Source: an uncultured Acidobacteriota bacterium (lineage in GTDB: Bacteria > Acidobacteriota > Terriglobia > UBA7540). From it: a stretch of DNA of 64,000 bases. Made by a program: the position numbers and the translations under genes. Positions 62,848 through 64,000 of the stretch are shown here, in pieces. Location: the NCBI GenBank assembly GCA_963804995.1, contig CAWDSK010000006.1, positions 1,696,001-1,760,000 on the forward strand. Reading direction: 5' to 3'. The notes below the pieces were generated by a model. The model was not told the DNA's origin and ran no database searches. It saw only the letters and a program-made list of their open reading frames with translations. Within the stretch, counting starts at the first letter, position 1. Each line of letters begins with the position of its first letter.

Positions 62848-64000
62848 CTATTTCTTAAAGTCCTCGGGCACATCGATCAGCCGCCCCAGCATTTCGTAGG
62901 TACGCATCAGGGCGTGATCCACCATGCGCTCGCCCGCCCCGACTTCAATCCAGGTGGTGGCGCTGGCCGTGCCGTAGCCACCTTCCGTGGCAGCCTTGAG
63001 CGTGGGGAAATAGCCGTTGTAACCGTTGGCGTACCCCAGGAAGAAAGCGTCGGGCACCGGGCAACGGTCGCGCCAATTGATCTGAAAGTCCACAAAGGGC
63101 TCACCCGGCATGGTCATGATGGCGATGCGCTTGTTGATGAGCACCGTGGCCACGGCCAGTTGCCAATCCCCGCGAATCTGCGGCGCAAAGTTCTTGACGA
63201 AATCCTGCCCGTAAGCAGCGATCAACCCCTGCTTGAATTTCTCCGCATTCCAGCGTAGGTGGAAGGGCAGGGTGTCCTCCACGAAATCGAGCGACGCCTG
63301 CGGGGCGGCCTGCGTGTGGATTTCCTTCGCGACACGTGCCGCCTCTTCACCCAGGTGCTGGCCGGTCCAGTCGCGCTTGGCGAGGGCGTTTTGCTCAAGC
63401 GGTACCGCAGCGTCAAAAGAGTTGATATCCCCGGGCGCACCCTGAAGGAAGAAGCAGAGCGGCGGGTTGGCGCCAAAAGATTGCTCCACGGTTTTGGTCA
63501 TCACGCCCGGAAAGTCCGCGGAGAATTGCAGGTTGTCAGGGCCCAGCACTACGGCATGGCAGGAGTAATTCACCAGCACCGCCAGCGGCTTGCCCTCCGC
63601 CGTGTCCACGCGCAAAACGGAGACGGTGGGGTCGACGGGCGCCGTCGGCACGTGCGTGGGATTGGTCCAAAACATGGTGACGGTGCCGTCAGGATTTACC
63701 CGCCGGCGGTTGTAGGCGATGTAAGTCGCTCCGTAGCCCGTGCCCAATTGCGCTTCCACAGCGTGCTCGTGCGCTTCCTGGATGGCCTTGCTGATTTTCT
63801 CAATCGCGGCCGTCTCCCAGGCAGGCGGGCCGGAGGGATATTCATCCATGATGACCGGGCCCGCGTGGGTGTGCGTGGCCTCGACCAGCGTGTAGGTGAT
63901 TCCGCTCGACTGCCGCGCCGCAGCCCGGAGGCGCTCGATTGAAGCGGGACCGAAGGTGCGCCCCAGATCCAAATCCACCCACGCCAACCGCTTCTCTCCG
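62848..64000 (-). CDS. Neutral/alkaline ceramidase-family hydrolase, 5' end outside the window
   Basis: ATHTHAGP, NRR, NYSCH, SADFPG, GAPGDIN, PGEPF, GYANGY. Confidence 0.88.
   Translation of the reverse strand, partial: GEKRLAWVDLDLGRTFGPASIERLRAAARQSSGITYTLVEATHTHAGPVIMDEYPSGPPAWETAAIEKISKAIQEAHEHAVEAQLGTGYGATYIAYNRRRVNPDGTVTMFWTNPTHVPTAPVDPTVSVLRVDTAEGKPLAVLVNYSCHAVVLGPDNLQFSADFPGVMTKTVEQSFGANPPLCFFLQGAPGDINSFDAAVPLEQNALAKRDWTGQHLGEEAARVAKEIHTQAAPQASLDFVEDTLPFHLRWNAEKFKQGLIAAYGQDFVKNFAPQIRGDWQLAVATVLINKRIAIMTMPGEPFVDFQINWRDRCPVPDAFFLGYANGYNGYFPTLKAATEGGYGTASATTWIEVGAGERMVDHALMRTYEMLGRLIDVPEDFKK

Overview
GC-rich bacterial chromosomal window. Gene content and the dense intergenic repeats suggest Acidobacteriota (Terriglobia); this is an inference, not a search result. 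Left part: small membrane/stress genes (DUF3309-like, BON, PRC-barrel), an MlaE/F/D-type ABC operon and a secreted glycosidase-like gene. The accessory zone (about 10-34 kb) ends at tRNA-Ser(CGA). It holds a complete ISKra4-type IS with TIRs and a 9-bp TSD, a vapBC pair, a full class E-like group II intron inserted in a REP hairpin, an IS1182 relic, several MITEs, a split hybrid histidine kinase and a Type I R-M locus interleaved with TA modules and nuclease relics. Right part: tadA, an unusual STAS-TolC/EmrA/Cmk-like/EmrB/EmrB efflux operon, gltBD, HEPN-MNT, galM, motAB with a degenerate PAS-GGDEF gene, a cytochrome c peroxidase, dodecin and a partial ceramidase-family gene. Four otherwise intact genes carry single frameshifts, possibly assembly indels. 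No CRISPR array, rRNA or integrase was seen.
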